Source: Tagaea sp.
Lineage (GTDB): Bacteria > Pseudomonadota > Alphaproteobacteria > CACIAM-22H2
Length of the DNA: 64,000 nt
Assembly: GCA_965279525.1 (NCBI GenBank)
Contig: CBDIIB010000003.1
Coordinates: forward strand, 544,001 to 608,000
Reading direction: 5' to 3'
The translations under genes were made by a program, and so were the position numbers. This document shows positions 32,983 through 45,658 of the stretch, one piece after another. The stretch's first letter is position 1. Each line of letters starts with the position of its first letter. The notes beneath the pieces are model-generated. The model was not told the origin of the DNA and made no database searches. It was given only the letters and a program-made list of their open reading frames with translations.

Positions 32983-32991
32983 TTATCCACA
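32983..32991 (+). promoter_or_regulatory. DnaA box next to the lexA -35
   Basis: TTATCCACA, a perfect consensus match. Confidence 0.55.
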
Positions 32992-32998
32992 ACTGCAA

Positions 32999-34192
32999 TT
33001 ACAGGAGGATGACGTCGACCGGATCGCCGGCCTTTGCCGGCGGCGCGTCTGCCGGGCGGATCGCCAATGCATCGGCGCGCGCGAGCAGCGCGATCATGGA
33101 ACTGTCCTGCTTGGTAAACGGCGTGGCGCGCAGCGTGCCGTCGGCGTCGCGCGCGATCGTGGCGCGCATGTACTCCTCGCGTCGGTCGTTGGCTTCGAGA
33201 TCGCGGCCGAGCCGCGCGCGCACGGTGGCGGGTCCGGTCGCGCGCTTGCCGAGCATCGCGGCGATCGCCGGCCCGACGAACAGCACGGCGCACACCAGGC
33301 TCGACACCGGATTGCCGGGCAGGCCGATCAGCGGCACGTCGCCGAAGCGCCCGAACATCAGTGGCTTTCCCGGCCGCATGGCGATCTGCCAGAAATCGAG
33401 CTTGAGGCCGGCAGCACCCAGTGCTGCACGCACCAGGTCGTGGTCGCCGACCGAGGCGCCGCCGGTCGTCACCAGCAGGTCGCAGCCGCGCGCGCCTGCG
33501 GCGATCGCCTGCAGCGCCTGTTCGTTGTCCGGTGCGATGGGCAGCACGACGGGTTCGCCGCCGGCCTGCGCCACGAACGCCGCAAGGGCGGGCCCGTTCG
33601 ACGAGACGATCTGCCCGGGGCCGGGCGACGTGCCGGGCAGCACGATCTCGTCGCCGGTTGAAAGAATTGCCACGCGCGGGCGGCGGCGGACCTCGAGCCA
33701 GGCGTGGTTGGTCGCGGCTGCAAGGCCGATATGACGCGCGTCGAGCGTGGTCCCCGCCGCGATCGCGAGATCGCCTTCCTTGAAATCGAGACCGGCGGGC
33801 CGCACATAACGCCCGACAGGCTCGGACTGGCGCGCGACGATGCGCTGGCCATCGGCATCCGCGTTTTCCTGGATCAGGATCGTGTCCGCGCCATCCGGGA
33901 CGACGGCACCGGTGAAGATGCGCACGCACTGCCCGGGACCGACCGTTCCCTTGAACATGTGGCCGGCGGGTGCCGTGCCGATCATCGTCAATGTCGCGGG
34001 CGCCGTGGCGACGTCGGCGGCACGCACCGCATAGCCGTCCATCGCCGAGACCGGCAGCGGCGGCTGCGTCAGGCGGGCGCGCACGTCGGCAGAAAGGGTT
34101 CGGCCATGCGCCCGGGCGAGCGCCACGGTCTCGCCGCCCAGCGGGGCGAAGGCGGAAAGGATCCGGGTGCGGGCTTCTGCGACGGGGATCAT
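32999..34192 (-). CDS. moeA: Molybdopterin molybdotransferase
   Basis: SAMDGYA, RIFTGA, STGDE, TTGGASVGDHD, GLPGNPVS. Confidence 0.95.
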   Translation of the reverse strand: MIPVAEARTRILSAFAPLGGETVALARAHGRTLSADVRARLTQPPLPVSAMDGYAVRAADVATAPATLTMIGTAPAGHMFKGTVGPGQCVRIFTGAVVPDGADTILIQENADADGQRIVARQSEPVGRYVRPAGLDFKEGDLAIAAGTTLDARHIGLAAATNHAWLEVRRRPRVAILSTGDEIVLPGTSPGPGQIVSSNGPALAAFVAQAGGEPVVLPIAPDNEQALQAIAAGARGCDLLVTTGGASVGDHDLVRAALGAAGLKLDFWQIAMRPGKPLMFGRFGDVPLIGLPGNPVSSLVCAVLFVGPAIAAMLGKRATGPATVRARLGRDLEANDRREEYMRATIARDADGTLRATPFTKQDSSMIALLARADALAIRPADAPPAKAGDPVDVILL

Positions 34193-34197
34193 CTTCG

Positions 34198-34674
34198 TCA
34201 ACCCTGACTGAAGGTGCCCGACTTGCCGCCTTCCTTGTGGACGAGCCGGATGTCGCCGATGCGCATGCCGCGGTCGACCGCCTTGCACATGTCGTAGACC
34301 GTGAGGGCGGCGACGGCGACGGCCGTCAGCGCCTCCATCTCCACGCCGGTCTGGCCCACGAGCTTGGCCGTGGCCTCGATCTCGATGGCGCCGGCGGCCG
34401 TGTCGGCGCTGAGTTCGACCTTGACCGAGGTGAGGGCGAGCGGATGGCAGAGCGGGATCAGCTCACTCGTCTTTTTCGCGCCCATGATGCCGGCGAGCTG
34501 GGCCACGCCAAGCACGTCGCCCTTCTTGAAGCCGCGCGCCTCGATCATGCGCAGCGTTTCGGCCGCCATCGTCACGCGGCCGCGCGCGACGGCGACGCGC
34601 CGGGTATTCGCCTTGTCCGCGACATCGACCATCACGGCGTTGCCGGCCGCGTCGAAATGGGTGAGGCCGCTCAT
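34198..34674 (-). CDS. moaC: Cyclic pyranopterin monophosphate synthase
   Basis: [34 protein letters not shown]. Confidence 0.97.
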   Translation of the reverse strand: MSGLTHFDAAGNAVMVDVADKANTRRVAVARGRVTMAAETLRMIEARGFKKGDVLGVAQLAGIMGAKKTSELIPLCHPLALTSVKVELSADTAAGAIEIEATAKLVGQTGVEMEALTAVAVAALTVYDMCKAVDRGMRIGDIRLVHKEGGKSGTFSQG

Positions 34675-35498
34675 GCGCGCATCCGTTCGCGCGTCAGCAG
34701 CGCGCTTGTGGCCGCGGCGACGTCGGCTTGCAGCATCAGGCTCTCGCCGACCAGGAACGCGGCGGCGCCCGCTCGCTCGAGCCGCGCCACGTCGGCCGGG
34801 CTCTTGATCCCGCTTTCGGCGACGAGCAACCGGTCGCGCGGCACGCGCGGGGCGAGGGCTTCGAAGGTCGCGAGGTCGACGGCGAGAGTCTTGAGGTTCC
34901 GGTTGTTGACGCCGATCATCGTCTCGTTGCCGTGAGCGCCCTGTGCGGGCAGTTTCAGCGCGCGGTCGAGTTCGGGCGCGTCATGCACCTCGGCGAGCAC
35001 GTCGAGACCGAGATCGAGTGCCAACTCGCACAGGTCCTGGGCCGCGCAATCGTCGAGTGCGGCGAGGATCAGCAGCACGCAGTCCGCACCCAGCGCACGT
35101 GTCTCGCGGATCTGGTAGGGCTCGAGCGCGAAATCCTTGCGCAGGACCGGCAGGCCGACGGCAGCGCGCGCGGCCTGCAGGTATTCGTCCTTGCCCTGGA
35201 AATAAGGCTCGTCGGTCAGGACCGAAAGGCATGCCGCCCCGCCGGCGCGATAGGCCGACGCGAGCGAAGCGGGATCGAAATCCGCGCGGATGAGGCCGCG
35301 CGACGGCGAGGCCTTCTTGATCTCGGCGATCAGCGCCACGTCGCCGGCGGCGCGACGGGCGCGAAGGGCGCCTGCGAAACCGCGCGGCCGCGTCGCCTTG
35401 GCAAGGCGGGCTTCGAGATCGGCGTCCGGCACGGCGGCCCTGCGCGCGGCGACCTCGCGGCGCTTGTCCTCGCAGATGCGTGCGAGCACGTCGCTCAT
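34671..35498 (-). CDS. trpC: Indole-3-glycerol phosphate synthase
   Basis: [36 protein letters not shown]. Confidence 0.96.
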   Translation of the reverse strand: MSDVLARICEDKRREVAARRAAVPDADLEARLAKATRPRGFAGALRARRAAGDVALIAEIKKASPSRGLIRADFDPASLASAYRAGGAACLSVLTDEPYFQGKDEYLQAARAAVGLPVLRKDFALEPYQIRETRALGADCVLLILAALDDCAAQDLCELALDLGLDVLAEVHDAPELDRALKLPAQGAHGNETMIGVNNRNLKTLAVDLATFEALAPRVPRDRLLVAESGIKSPADVARLERAGAAAFLVGESLMLQADVAAATSALLTRERMRA

Positions 35499-36529
35499 GC
35501 AGCCGACCGGTTCGAAATCTCGACCAGTGCCGCCATGGCTGCTTTCGCGGCACCGCCGTCGATCGCCTGTGCGGCCTTTGCCACGCCAGCCTTCAGGTCG
35601 CCGGCGGCCTGCGCCACGACGAGCAGGGCAGCCGCATTCATCAGCACGACATCGCGCAGCGGTCCCTTGGCACCGTCGAGGAGGGCGCGCATCGCCGTCG
35701 CGTTTTCCTGCGGCGTGCCGCCCTTGAGGTCGGCGGCGGTCGCGCGCGCGAGGCCCGCGTCCTCGGGCGCGATCTCGAACTCGCGCACCGACTTGCCGTC
35801 GAACTCGGCCACATAGGTCGGGCCGGTGGTGGTGATCTCGTCGAGCCCGTCCGAGCCGTGCACGACCCACGCGCGCCGGGAACCCAGACGCCCGAGTGTC
35901 TCGGCGAGCGGTGCGACCCATTTGCGCGCGAAGACGCCGACGAGCTGGCGCTTTACGCCGGCAGGATTGGAGAGCGGACCGAGCAGGTTGAAGATCGTGC
36001 GCGTGCCGACCTCGACGCGCACACCGGCGACGTGGCGCGTGGCGGAATGGTGGCGCGGTGCCATCATGAACCCGACGCCCGCCTTCGAGATCGCGTACTC
36101 GATCAGACGCGTATCGCAATCGATGTTGACGCCAAGTGCGGTCAGCACGTCGGCCGCCCCCGATTTCGAGGAGAAGGCGCGGTTGCCGTGCTTGGCGACC
36201 TTGAGGCCACAGCCCGCGACCACGAACGAGGTTGCGGTCGAGATGTTGAACGAGCCCGACGCGTCGCCGCCGGTGCCCACCGCCTCGACCGCGTCGTCGG
36301 GCGCCAGGATCTTGAGGGCCTTGCTGCGCATCGTGCGGGCGGCGGCGACGATCTCGTCGACGGTCTCGCCGCGCACGCGAAGCGCCATCAGGAAGGCGCC
36401 CATCTGCGCCGGCGTGGCGTTGCCCGACATGATGATCTCGAAGGCTTCGGTCGCTTCGGCCTCGGACAGGCGATGGCCGTCGGCAACTCGGGCCAGCAGC
36501 GTCTTCAGTTGGGTCATGTCGCCGGGCAT
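35495..36529 (-). CDS. trpD: Anthranilate phosphoribosyltransferase
   Basis: [33 protein letters not shown]. Confidence 0.96.
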   Translation of the reverse strand: MPGDMTQLKTLLARVADGHRLSEAEATEAFEIIMSGNATPAQMGAFLMALRVRGETVDEIVAAARTMRSKALKILAPDDAVEAVGTGGDASGSFNISTATSFVVAGCGLKVAKHGNRAFSSKSGAADVLTALGVNIDCDTRLIEYAISKAGVGFMMAPRHHSATRHVAGVRVEVGTRTIFNLLGPLSNPAGVKRQLVGVFARKWVAPLAETLGRLGSRRAWVVHGSDGLDEITTTGPTYVAEFDGKSVREFEIAPEDAGLARATAADLKGGTPQENATAMRALLDGAKGPLRDVVLMNAAALLVVAQAAGDLKAGVAKAAQAIDGGAAKAAMAALVEISNRSAA

Positions 36530-36573
36530 CTTGCCGTCTCCGGTCGGGATCGTTGGGGCGCGATTTGCCGGCG

Positions 36574-36596
36574 CTTATAGCAGCAAACGCCAGCGC

Positions 36597-36602
<6 letters not shown>
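36574..36602 (-). promoter_or_regulatory. Putative sigma70 promoter of trpD-trpC-moaC-moeA
   Basis: Minus strand TTGTGA-N17-TATAAG, overlapping the stop codon of the upstream kinase. Confidence 0.5.
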
Positions 36603-39198
<2,596 letters not shown>

Positions 39199-39209
<11 letters not shown>

Positions 39210-39663
39210 CGGCACGCCGCGCCGACGCCGCCATTGAGCAGTTTTGGCCTTCGGCGCTGGCGCGGAATTCCTGGCCGCTGAAGCGCCCGTCGACGACCAG
39301 GGTCTGCGTGCCGACACGTGCGGTCGTCTTGATGCGCCCGTCCGGTTCCACGAACGCGTAGAAGCTGCCGACGGGTTGGCCGGGTTGCTCGACGCTGGTG
39401 AGTTCGCCCCGCGCCTCGCCGCGTCTCAGCGTCAACGCCAGTTCCGCCCGCAGGATGCAATAGGTGGGGCGGCCGGTTTTCTGGACCATCTCGCCGCGAT
39501 AGGTGCCGTCGAGACCGGCGAGCGATACGGGCGCCGATCCGCCGAACCTGTCGCATCCGCCCAGCACGATGCATATGCCGGCGAAGGCAATGAAATGTCG
39601 GATTTTTCCGTCGGTTCTGTTGCCCACGCTGTGACCTGTCCGGACGCTTTGGATGATGTTCAT
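39199..39663 (-). CDS. Uncharacterised lipoprotein
   Basis: Lipobox IVLGGC followed by a beta-rich domain (LDGTYRG) with two extra Cys; overlaps the kinase start by 11 nt; start may be the GTG at 39627. Confidence 0.65.
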
Positions 39664-39704
39664 TTTCAAGCCGCGCCGCTCCAAACGCAATGGCCGGTCC
39701 CTGC

Positions 39705-39735
39705 TTGACCTTCCAGTAAGGAAAGGGTTTAGACA
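39705..39735 (+). promoter_or_regulatory. MerR/CueR-type promoter (19-bp spacer) upstream of cueR
   Basis: TTGACC-TTCCAGTAAGGAAAGGGTT-TAGACA; ACCTTCC half-site as in E. coli copA. Confidence 0.75.
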
Positions 39736-39789
39736 GGATGCTCGATTCCTGGCCGGAATGCACGCCGGTCCTTCGTCTGGAGCGGAAAA

Positions 39790-40188
39790 ATGAACATCGG
39801 AGAAGCCGCAACCCTTGCGGGCGTCACGACCAAGACGATCCGCTACTATGAGAGCGTGGGGCTGATCGCCGTCGCCGATCGGCGCGCCAACAATTATCGC
39901 GACTATGGCGATCGCGAGATTGCCGAGCTTCGGTTCATCCATCGCGCGCGCTCGCTGGGCTTTTCGGTCAAGGAGGTCGGCGATCTGCTCGCCCTGTGGC
40001 GCGACCGCAGCCGTGCCAGCCAGCAGGTGCGCGCACTTGCAAGCGCACACGTGAAGGAAATCCAGCGCAAGATCGCGGAACTGGAAGCAATGAAGCGCAC
40101 GCTGCAGACGCTGATCGGCAAGTGCCACAACGACGAGCGTCCGGACTGTCCCATCCTCGAGGATTTCGCGGCAGGCGGGCCGGACTAG
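39790..40188 (+). CDS. cueR: Cu(I)-responsive MerR-family regulator
   Basis: MNIGEAA...IRYYESVGL, NNYRDY, RARSLGFS, metal-binding loop CHNDERPDCPIL. Confidence 0.92.
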   Translation: MNIGEAATLAGVTTKTIRYYESVGLIAVADRRANNYRDYGDREIAELRFIHRARSLGFSVKEVGDLLALWRDRSRASQQVRALASAHVKEIQRKIAELEAMKRTLQTLIGKCHNDERPDCPILEDFAAGGPD

Positions 40189-41051
40189 TCCGTGGTGCTG
40201 TTCGCGGCGAGGAACGGTTCGAGCAGCGGCCCCCAGACACGCGATCCGTTCCGGGCGAAGAAAAGCCCGTGTCCGTCCGTGCCGAATGCCGCGAGCATCC
40301 TCAATTCGGCGCGGCCGCCGGCCGCCACGAACGCTTCGTGCATCGCCTTCGAAATTTCCGGTGCGAAAAACGTGTCGTTGGCGGTGTAGATCCACAGCAT
40401 CGGCGCGCGTGCCTTCGAGCCATAGAGGCCCGCACTCCGGACGAGCGCTGCCGGGCTGCAGTTGGTGTTGGCGCGTCCCTGCGCCCAGCCGCCGCGCCCG
40501 CCGGCGAAATTGACGAAGGCGGCGACCGTCTCGGGGTTCAAACTCGCCAACGCGATCGTTCCCCAGCCGCCGGCCGACTGGCCGACCACGATCGTGCCTT
40601 TCGGACGGACGAACGCGAGCGTCTGCAGATGGCGGACGGCGGCGTCGATGTCGGCCGCCGTCGCAAGGCCGCCGCGCGCGAAATCGGGATTGTCGCAGCG
40701 GCCGTAGTTTTCGGCCCATGCGCCCGCGTTTTCCCCATAGCCCCGGCGCAACGGGAACGCGACGACGTATCCGCGCCGCAGAAACCACGTCGCCACTTCG
40801 TGGGTGCAGGATGTCGGGGCCATTGCCGGCCGCTGCTCGGGTTTCGCCGGCGAGCCGTGATTGACGACGACAAGCGGAGCCCTTCCGGCGACATCCGGCC
40901 GGCAGACACGGATGGAGATGCGCTGGCCGTCGACTGGAACTGTGGCGGCAGATTCCACAAAGGCGGGGGCGGGTGCTTGGGCACAGGCACCTGCCGCAGC
41001 CAGACCGGAAGCGGCAAGCACGACACCGGCGAAGAGGATGCGTGGGGCCAT
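40185..41051 (-). CDS. Exported alpha/beta hydrolase (dienelactone hydrolase family)
   Basis: Signal peptide, VVVNHGS, RRGYG, nucleophile elbow GQSAGG, ND..F and GH catalytic positions. Confidence 0.82.
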   Translation of the reverse strand: MAPRILFAGVVLAASGLAAAGACAQAPAPAFVESAATVPVDGQRISIRVCRPDVAGRAPLVVVNHGSPAKPEQRPAMAPTSCTHEVATWFLRRGYVVAFPLRRGYGENAGAWAENYGRCDNPDFARGGLATAADIDAAVRHLQTLAFVRPKGTIVVGQSAGGWGTIALASLNPETVAAFVNFAGGRGGWAQGRANTNCSPAALVRSAGLYGSKARAPMLWIYTANDTFFAPEISKAMHEAFVAAGGRAELRMLAAFGTDGHGLFFARNGSRVWGPLLEPFLAANSTTD

Positions 41052-41093
41052 GCGAAACCTTGAAGAAGGGCGAATCGCAGTATACTCCCGCCC

Positions 41094-42311
41094 ATGAATT
41101 CCGTCGCTCGCAAGCCAACCCGCAGCTTCGCCCGGGATTTCGGGGTCGCGGCGCTGGTGGTCGTGCCGGTTGCCGCCGCGGCAGCCGCTGGCTGGCTCTA
41201 TGTCGCAGGCGACGCGCCGCGTGGCCCGGTGCGGCCGGTCGCCGCCCTCGACTTTGAAGCGGCCCCGCCGCCGCCTAGGCAAGTGCCGCAAGTTGCAGCT
41301 TTGCCGGCAGGCGAGCCGGTGGTGCCGTATTTCGGCATCCGCCAGCCGTCCGGCGCAGCCGTGGCGAAGCTCGATGAGCCGCCGGTCCCGGCGCCTGCCC
41401 CGCCGCGCGCCGCCGTGCGCGCCTCGGATGCCGGGTGGGAGGCGAGGGCGCTGCGGCCGCCGGTCGTGCGTGCAGGCGCCTGGGTCGCGATCGTCATCGA
41501 CGATCTCGGTCTCGATCGTATCCGCACCGCGCGCACCGCTTCGCTGCCCGGCCCGTTGACGCTGTCCTTCATGAGTTATGCCGGCGATGTCGGCGAGCAG
41601 GCCGCGGCCGCCAGGCAGGCCGGCCACGAAATCATGCTTCATATGCCCATGGAGCCGGAGGGCCGCGAGGACCCGGGACCGGGCGCGCTGTTCGTACGTC
41701 TGCCCGACGCCGACATCCGCGCGCGCGTCGCGGCCTCGCTCGACCGTCTGCCGATGGCCGTCGGCCTCAACAACCACATGGGAAGCCGGTTCACGCGTGA
41801 CGCGCGCGCCATGCGCCCGGTGCTCGACGAGATCGCCGCGCGCGGCCTGCTGTTCGTCGACAGCCGCACGTCCGGTACTTCGGTCGCGGCGGACCTCGCC
41901 GCCCAGATGGGGATCGCGAGCGCCGGCAGGGACGTGTTTCTCGACAACGAACAGGATGCGCTCTATGTGCGCCGGCAGCTTGCCGAGCTGGAGCGGACGG
42001 CAAACCGGCGCGGCAACGCGATCGCGATCGGCCATCCGCACGAGGCCACGCTCGAAGCGCTTGCGGCCTGGATCCCGACGATGAATTCGCGCGGACTGCA
42101 ATTGGTGCCCGTTTCCGCGATCGTCCGCCATCAGCGCCGCGATCCGACGGCACAACCCGCCATCGCGATGGGGCGACCGCTTGACGTTCCAGTACCGTCA
42201 AGCCGCATGATCCCGGTCCAGATGTCGGTACCGGTCGCGGCACGGCCATCGTCCGACCCGGCGCCGAGCTTTACCGGAGAGCCACCATGGAAGCGGTTTC
42301 CTATCGAGTGA
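41094..42311 (+). CDS. Divergent polysaccharide deacetylase family protein (YibQ-like)
   Basis: AIVIDDLG, MLHMPMEP, NNHMGS, FVDSRT, RDVFLDN, AIAIGHP; N-terminal TM anchor and Pro-rich linker. Confidence 0.88.
   Translation: MNSVARKPTRSFARDFGVAALVVVPVAAAAAAGWLYVAGDAPRGPVRPVAALDFEAAPPPPRQVPQVAALPAGEPVVPYFGIRQPSGAAVAKLDEPPVPAPAPPRAAVRASDAGWEARALRPPVVRAGAWVAIVIDDLGLDRIRTARTASLPGPLTLSFMSYAGDVGEQAAAARQAGHEIMLHMPMEPEGREDPGPGALFVRLPDADIRARVAASLDRLPMAVGLNNHMGSRFTRDARAMRPVLDEIAARGLLFVDSRTSGTSVAADLAAQMGIASAGRDVFLDNEQDALYVRRQLAELERTANRRGNAIAIGHPHEATLEALAAWIPTMNSRGLQLVPVSAIVRHQRRDPTAQPAIAMGRPLDVPVPSSRMIPVQMSVPVAARPSSDPAPSFTGEPPWKRFPIE
42181..42211 (+). promoter_or_regulatory. MerR/CueR-type promoter (19-bp spacer) upstream of copZ, inside the deacetylase 3' tail
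   Basis: TTGACG-TTCCAGTACCGTCAAGCCG-CATGAT; shares TTGACnTTCCAGTA with the cueR promoter. Confidence 0.65.
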
Positions 42312-42499
42312 CGGGCATGACGTGCGCCGGCTGCGTGCGCGCACTGACGAATGCGGTGCTTGCCGGATCTCCCGACGCATCGGTCTCGGTCGATCTGCCC
42401 AAAGGCATGTTGACGGTTGCAGGCCCGGACGACGTGGCGGTGCGCCGCGCCGTCGAAGACGCCGGCTTCGGGTTCGTCGGGCGGTTCAAGCCGAACTAG
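42287..42499 (+). CDS. copZ: Heavy-metal-associated (HMA) copper chaperone, CopZ-like
   Basis: VTGMTCAGC, AVEDAGF; 70 aa; GGAG RBS. Confidence 0.85.
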   Translation: MEAVSYRVTGMTCAGCVRALTNAVLAGSPDASVSVDLPKGMLTVAGPDDVAVRRAVEDAGFGFVGRFKPN

Positions 42500-44373
42500 T
42501 TCAAGCGATCGACGACGGACCGGTTGATCGTGACGCCATATCTCTGGCGCAGTGCCTGACCGTATTCGCTCGAGAGATCGCCGGCCATGTCGCGGCGAAG
42601 CTGGGTCCGCAGCTGCTCCATTCCGGCAACGTCGGCGGCCGGATCGGCGACGATGATTTCCTTCGTGCGGACGACGTACTGCCCGTCGATGCCGGCGGCG
42701 ACGCCGAGTTCACCGGGCTTCTGCGCGAACAGCCGCGCCGCGACCTGGCTGGGGACGTTCGCCTGGTCGCCGGTGCGGGTCACCGCAGCGACGGCCTCGA
42801 TGCGCAGATTCAGACGCAGGGCGGCCGCCTCCAGCGTCTCTCCCTTGCCGACGGCTTCGACGACTTCGCGTGCGCGCGCGACGGCGCGCTCCGCCTGGCG
42901 CTCGGCTTTCCACGCGGCGGCGACATCGTCCTTCACCGCGTCGAGCGGGCGGCGCTGGGCCGGGGTCACGGATTCGACGCGCACGATGTAGAACGGCCCC
43001 GAACGCGTCTCGATCAGCTGGCTTTCCCGGCCGGCGACCGTCTCGAACGCGGCACGCACGGCTTCCGGTGCTCCGGCAAACAGGCCGACAGGATCGCCGG
43101 CCGCATCCCGGCCGCGAGCGTCGAGTGCGGGAACCTTGACGACTTCGGCGCCTGCCGCTGCCGCTGCCTCGTCGAGCGAGCGGCCGCGCGTCACCTGGTC
43201 TTCGACCTTGTTGGCGACTTCGAATGCCTTGTCGGCGGCAAGGCGCCGGCGCAGCTCGGGTTCGATCTGGTCGCGCACGTCGGCAAGCCTGGCATCCGTG
43301 CCCGCTTCGATGCGGACCACTTCGATCACGTGCCAGCCGAACGCCGTCTTGACCGGGCCGACGACCTTGCCGACATCGGTCGCGAAAACGAGTTCTGCGA
43401 TCGCCGGCAGCGTCTCCTCGCGCGTCACGAGGCCGAGGCCCACGCGATCGGCCGACTGGCCGGGCGTTTCGGCGACGACGGCATCGAAGCTCTTGCCGCC
43501 CGCGATCGCGGCGGCGGCGGCCGTTGCGGCAGCCTCGTCGGCGAAAAGCATCTGCTTCAGTTCGCGCTGCTCGGGCTTGTCGAACTCGCGCTTGCGCTGC
43601 TGGAACTCGTCTTCCAGTGCCCGCTCGTCGATCTGGATCGTGGCGGCCACGTCGGTGGCGCCGACGCGCACGACCGACAGCGTGCGAAGCTCGGGTGCGG
43701 TGAAGCGTTCGGCATTCGCCTCGTAGGTCCTGGCGAGATCGGCGTCGTTCGGCGTGCCGACATCGTCGAACGAACCGTTCGCGACATGGATCCGCTCGCC
43801 CGTGCGCTTCTCGTTGCGGTGGCGGTAGATCGCCTCGACCAGCGTTTCGGGCGCACGCACGCCGGCTTCGATCGCGTCGATCATCTGCTGGCGAACGATG
43901 TCGGCGCGTACCAGTTCTATGAAGCGCTGCTCGGTGAAGCCGTTTTCGTAGAGGACGCGCTGGAAGACGAAACGGTCGAACTGGCCGCCGGCGCCGCGGA
44001 ACGACGGATCGCCGGCGATGCGTTGGCGCACGACGGCATCGCTGGCGACGAGCCCGAGGCGTGCAATCTCGGAATCGAGGGCCGCCTGGCCGGCTAGGCG
44101 GTCGACGGTCTGGTCGAGCACGCCGAACTGGCGCAGCAGGTTCTCGTCGACCTCGTTGCCGAGCATGCGCTTGATGCGGTCGCGCGCCTGGCGGTATTCG
44201 ACGTCGAGCTGCTGGATCGCGATCTTGCGGTCGCCGACCTGGATGGCCGTGTCGTCGCCCGAGCGCAGGAACGCGTAGTCGCCGATCCCCCACATCGCGA
44301 AGCTCAAGATCAGCATGCCGAACAGCACCTTGAACACGGTGCCGGCGGCCTTTTCGCGGATGAACTGGAGCAT
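42496..44373 (-). CDS. ppiD: PpiD-like periplasmic chaperone (SurA N-terminal plus rotamase domain)
   Basis: N-terminal TM anchor LILSFAMWGIGD, GPVKTAFGWHVI rotamase motif; divergent from tpiA. Confidence 0.88.
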   Translation of the reverse strand: MLQFIREKAAGTVFKVLFGMLILSFAMWGIGDYAFLRSGDDTAIQVGDRKIAIQQLDVEYRQARDRIKRMLGNEVDENLLRQFGVLDQTVDRLAGQAALDSEIARLGLVASDAVVRQRIAGDPSFRGAGGQFDRFVFQRVLYENGFTEQRFIELVRADIVRQQMIDAIEAGVRAPETLVEAIYRHRNEKRTGERIHVANGSFDDVGTPNDADLARTYEANAERFTAPELRTLSVVRVGATDVAATIQIDERALEDEFQQRKREFDKPEQRELKQMLFADEAAATAAAAAIAGGKSFDAVVAETPGQSADRVGLGLVTREETLPAIAELVFATDVGKVVGPVKTAFGWHVIEVVRIEAGTDARLADVRDQIEPELRRRLAADKAFEVANKVEDQVTRGRSLDEAAAAAGAEVVKVPALDARGRDAAGDPVGLFAGAPEAVRAAFETVAGRESQLIETRSGPFYIVRVESVTPAQRRPLDAVKDDVAAAWKAERQAERAVARAREVVEAVGKGETLEAAALRLNLRIEAVAAVTRTGDQANVPSQVAARLFAQKPGELGVAAGIDGQYVVRTKEIIVADPAADVAGMEQLRTQLRRDMAGDLSSEYGQALRQRYGVTINRSVVDRLN

Positions 44374-44506
44374 GGCTGGGTTCGTCGTTTCCGGGGCTGG
44401 AGGCGAAAGGTGGGGGAGAATAGGGCCGGGGACGGCGCCCCGCAACCCTTGCGAAACGAGAGCTAAGGCCTTAATCGGGATGCAAGATCGCAAGGAGAAT
44501 GCGCGC

Positions 44507-45268
44507 ATGGCCGGGCCAAAACCGCTGATCGCCGGAAACTGGAAGATGAACGGCCGTCTCGCCGACGCGACCAAGCTTGCCGCCGCCGTGTCCGCGTTCG
44601 TGCGCGCGCTGCCGCCATCCTCGGCCGACGTCCTCGTCTGCCCGCCTTATCCGTTCCTCGGGCCCGTGGCCCAGACGCTCGCCGGCAGCCGCGTGCGGCT
44701 GGGGGCGCAGGACTGCCACGCCGAGGCGGCCGGCGCGTTCACCGGCGACGTTTCGGCCGACATGCTCAAGGATTTCGGCTGCAGCTTCGTCATCGTCGGG
44801 CATTCCGAGCGCCGCGCGATGCATGCCGAGACAGACGCGATCGTCCAGGCCAAGGCGAACGCGGTGCTCAAGGCCGGCATGACCGCGATCCTGTGCGTGG
44901 GCGAAACACTCGCCGAGCGCGACGAGGGCCGCACGATCCCGGTCGTGGCAGCACAGCTCGTCGGCTCGCTGCCGGCGAATTCGAACGCCGACAATCTCGT
45001 CGTCGCCTATGAGCCGGTCTGGGCGATCGGCACGGGCCGCACGCCGACGGCGGCACAGGTCGGCGAGGTGCACGGCGCCATCCGCGCCGGCCTTTCCAAA
45101 AAGTTCTCGGACGGTGCCAAGATGCGCATCCTCTATGGCGGGTCGGTCAACGGGCTCAACGCGCTCGAACTGCTCGCCATCGCGAATGTCGACGGGGCAC
45201 TTGTCGGCGGCGCCTCGCTGCGCGCCGACGCGTTCGAGGCGATCACCAAGGCCGCACCGCGGCGTTAG
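44507..45268 (+). CDS. tpiA: Triosephosphate isomerase
   Basis: IAGNWKMN, GHSERR, AYEPVWAIGTG, LYGGSV, LVGGASL. Confidence 0.98.
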   Translation: MAGPKPLIAGNWKMNGRLADATKLAAAVSAFVRALPPSSADVLVCPPYPFLGPVAQTLAGSRVRLGAQDCHAEAAGAFTGDVSADMLKDFGCSFVIVGHSERRAMHAETDAIVQAKANAVLKAGMTAILCVGETLAERDEGRTIPVVAAQLVGSLPANSNADNLVVAYEPVWAIGTGRTPTAAQVGEVHGAIRAGLSKKFSDGAKMRILYGGSVNGLNALELLAIANVDGALVGGASLRADAFEAITKAAPRR

Positions 45269-45278
45269 GAGAGGGAAG

Positions 45279-45656
45279 ATGGAACACGCAACGCTGGGCG
45301 GAATCCACGCGACGGTCGCCGAGTATCTCGACGGCCTCTACGAAGGCGATGCCGAAAAGCTCGCCGGCGTGTTCGATCCGGCAAGCTCGCTGACATTCCT
45401 TGTCGACGGAAAGGTCACGGTGCTGCCCTGTGCCCAGTGGCTCGCCAACGTGCGCGCGCGCCCCAAGCCGAAGGATGCAGGGCTGGAGCGCAAGGACCGC
45501 ATCCTGTCGGTCGATCTCGCGGGGCCGGACATGGCGTTCGTCAAGCTCGCCTGCCAGATCCCGCCGCGCTTTTTCACCGACTATCTTTGCCTGCTGCGCG
45601 TCGACGGGCGCTGGCGGGTGGCGCAGAAGCTCTACACCACCCAGCCGCGGCCGTAG
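45279..45656 (+). CDS. NTF2-like protein (putative lumazine-binding family)
   Basis: YLDGLYEGD...FTDYLCLLRVDGRWRVAQK; AGGAG RBS. Confidence 0.8.
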   Translation: MEHATLGGIHATVAEYLDGLYEGDAEKLAGVFDPASSLTFLVDGKVTVLPCAQWLANVRARPKPKDAGLERKDRILSVDLAGPDMAFVKLACQIPPRFFTDYLCLLRVDGRWRVAQKLYTTQPRP

Positions 45657-45658
45657 AT

